Assembly: GCA_026026165.1 (NCBI GenBank)
Contig: JAPEUD010000025.1
Location: 1-64,000, forward strand
Source of the DNA: Sarea resinae
Lineage: Eukaryota
DNA length: 64,000 nucleotides
Reading direction: 5' to 3'
A model generated the notes under the pieces. The model was not told the origin of the DNA. It did not search any database and saw nothing but the letters and a program-made list of their open reading frames with translations. Position numbers and translations under genes: made by a program. This document shows, piece by piece, positions 61,801 through 64,000 of this stretch (positions are counted from its first letter, which is position 1; each line of letters opens with the position of its first letter).

Positions 61801-63498
61801 CCATATGGACGCAGATAAGCACCAAGTTGCGGATTTACCTAATCGTTATCGCGGCAATATCGCGGGTTCTAGCCCATTGGAAACTTCCACATGGTCTTTC
61901 TCATCGATCTACGCCTTAACTTCGCTCAGGACTAGAGTCGTCTATCTAAAGTTTGGACATTCTCTTTTTCATCAACCAATTACTTTGGAGAGATATTGAA
62001 ACGTGCGGCGGATCGCTACTCTAGATGTTACGAAAAGAGTGGTGATTTCAGGCACTACTGACGTGCGCGACAGACTGGTCAAAAGGGCCGATCTTACTGT
62101 CACTATTAGATGCAAGGCCAAGCACCTGGACTCCACCACTCTCTTAATATGAATCAGTTATGGGGCAATTGGTGGGATGAACGAGAAAAGAACGCCCCGC
62201 TACTACATGTATCCAGTCTTCATGCGTGCGTGACGTGGGATTTATCACTGCTCTGATATCTTCATGTGATTGTTTTACAGAGCCCAGTCTCATAGCACCT
62301 ACAGGTTCACTCTGTTTTATCCACAATTCTAGGTGATTATCTACAGTCCTTCTGAATGTAGCAGTATCATTTGGGTCATAACTGTCCAAGGGTTGAATGA
62401 CAATTTTCGACTTTCTTGATTATCATATTTCATTATTTCGAACGAGGCATGAGCTCATCCATGGATCTCCCAACCTCTCTCGGGGGAGAGATGTAGTAAA
62501 TTCCTACTTGAAAACCTCTATAGAGCGATTGAAGCGTTTGGCTGCCTTTTCATGCAATCAAGCCTATCTTTGCCAATCTTCATACCTCAACTACGTCCTT
62601 CAGAGACTATATTCAAGAAATTGTATTCTATCCATTCCAAGCTTGATGTCTCTACGCCCAAGAAACTGGACCCCACATCATTCTTCTACGCTAGGCTGCA
62701 TATTAGTCCCAAGGAGTTGGATATCAGCCTCCAACGTAATTCACACTCTTCACCTCAGACTGCTATTGTCAATATTGAAGAGAAAATTTCTTGATCAGAC
62801 GACAACACGCCAACACTACCATAATATTGAATACTTTTTCCCGAACTTGAGTTTAATTATGTCAAGGTGAGCAGGTCTGTGTCATGGTACTCGATGGATT
62901 TCCTGTCTTGGAAGCTCGGAATTAATATCTAAAGATTGTAGAATAATGGGAAATTGTAGAATGATGCTGGGTTTAGCTCTGATAGTATTGTGGCAGCGCC
63001 GAGCAGAGCCTTCAGAGTAGCTACCTGAAATCTATATCGTTCTTGAAATTTCTTGAAGCAATATCACCACGTTGATCGTCTTCAGAAGCAAAGATAATCT
63101 GTTCTCGAATTTAGTCTGACTTGCAGTGTTTCAAGGTGGGAAATGGAATCAATTCCTAGAAACACATGTAACCCTCGAAAACTTCCAGGTCATCAAAAGA
63201 CAAACTTGATCATTTGTAGAAGATCAACCCTGATTACCCATCTCGTAAACTATGAGATTCTATAGACACCTGAGGTTGCTGAAAGGAAAAGTTCAACCAG
63301 ATCCATCGTTGCGCTCAGTACTGCGGTAAAATAGGAGTTACCCTACTGCGTAGGTAGGTAGAAGTGACGCGTTTCGCGAATCAGTCAGCGCAAAATGCCA
63401 AGACATCGGATTGAGTCGAGACCACAGTTGCCTTTGCCGTGGACGTTCTCTACATATCAACTCCAGATCAACTGTTTCATCCGTTAGAGTTTGCCAAG

Positions 63499-64000
63499 AT
63501 GTCGAAGAAGACAGTGCATATTTCATCGCCGAAGCAATTCAACGACCTGTTGGCGTCGTCAACCATAGTTGTTGCAGACTGTGAGAGCTACTTGCCCCGC
63601 CCCCGCCCTCCCAACTAACCCAGACCGTATTGTCGTCGGCGACTTCGAATCTCTATACCTGGCTTTACTCGCTCTATGCCTCACGGAGTACTACTAATGA
63701 CTCTGTGTAGTCTTTGCAGAATGGTGTGGGCCATGCAAGCAAGTGGCGCCATATTATGAGAAGATGTCGGACAACCTCTCGCGGCCGCATAAGATCACTT
63801 TCTGCAAGGTCGATGTGGATCATCAGCAGCAAATCGCTGAGTCTTATGAAATCACGGCGTAAGTCCTGGATTGCAGCTTGCATCGCTTGGTCACATGTTG
63901 ATTTTGTGTGCTCTGTATAGAATGCCCACCTTCTTGATTTTCAAGAATGGCGCAACGGTCTCGACTATACGTGGCGTCGATCGTCAGAAGCTGGAGGAGA
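63499..64000 (+). CDS. Thioredoxin-domain protein (possibly Txl1/PITH type), partial; exons 63499-63580, 63711-63858, 63921->end
   Basis: Spliced MSKKTVHISSPKQFNDLLASSTIVVADFFAEWCGPCKQVAPYYEKMSDNLSRPHKITFCKVDVDHQQQIAESYEITAMPTFLIFKNG; WCGPC active site. Confidence 0.93.

Noticed and set aside
56198..61999. Numerous 60-150-aa ORFs upstream of SEB1
   Set aside because: No codon bias, domain motifs or consistent splice signals; mostly non-ATG starts.

Overview
Gene-dense, intron-containing nuclear DNA from a filamentous ascomycete (Pezizomycotina-type GT-AG introns with CTRAC branch points). About 24 protein-coding genes can be reconstructed by hand-splicing. In order: RPL38 (partial), a 5-exon 88-aa membrane microprotein, a disordered orphan ORF, NXT1-like, mitochondrial MetRS, ERG12 mevalonate kinase, RAM2 prenyltransferase alpha, GST-kappa/DsbA, a His-rich CobW/COG0523 GTPase, a ~71-aa small protein, a conserved hypothetical, a METTL21-type methyltransferase, CYM1, taxilin, a Lys-rich DUF5872-like protein, a Yfl054-type aquaglyceroporin, mitoribosomal bL34m, a putative Pol I A14-like subunit, STE24, ATG1, SEC59 dolichol kinase, DPH6, the Seb1/Msn2-like C2H2 factor and a WCGPC thioredoxin (partial). 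Several of these (RPL38, the microprotein, DUF5872-like, bL34m, thioredoxin) are not recoverable from the ORF track. No rRNA, tRNA, CRISPR or intact transposon was seen. The main system-level signal is four isoprenoid/prenylation genes (ERG12, RAM2, STE24, SEC59) within ~40 kb; this may reflect ancestral synteny rather than co-regulation. Other notable signals are a structured RPL38 intron, repeated AAG splice acceptors and a GC donor, GTAC-palindrome-rich promoters of stress genes, and microsatellite islands whose slippage extends into protein tails. All calls are by eye; no database search was run.
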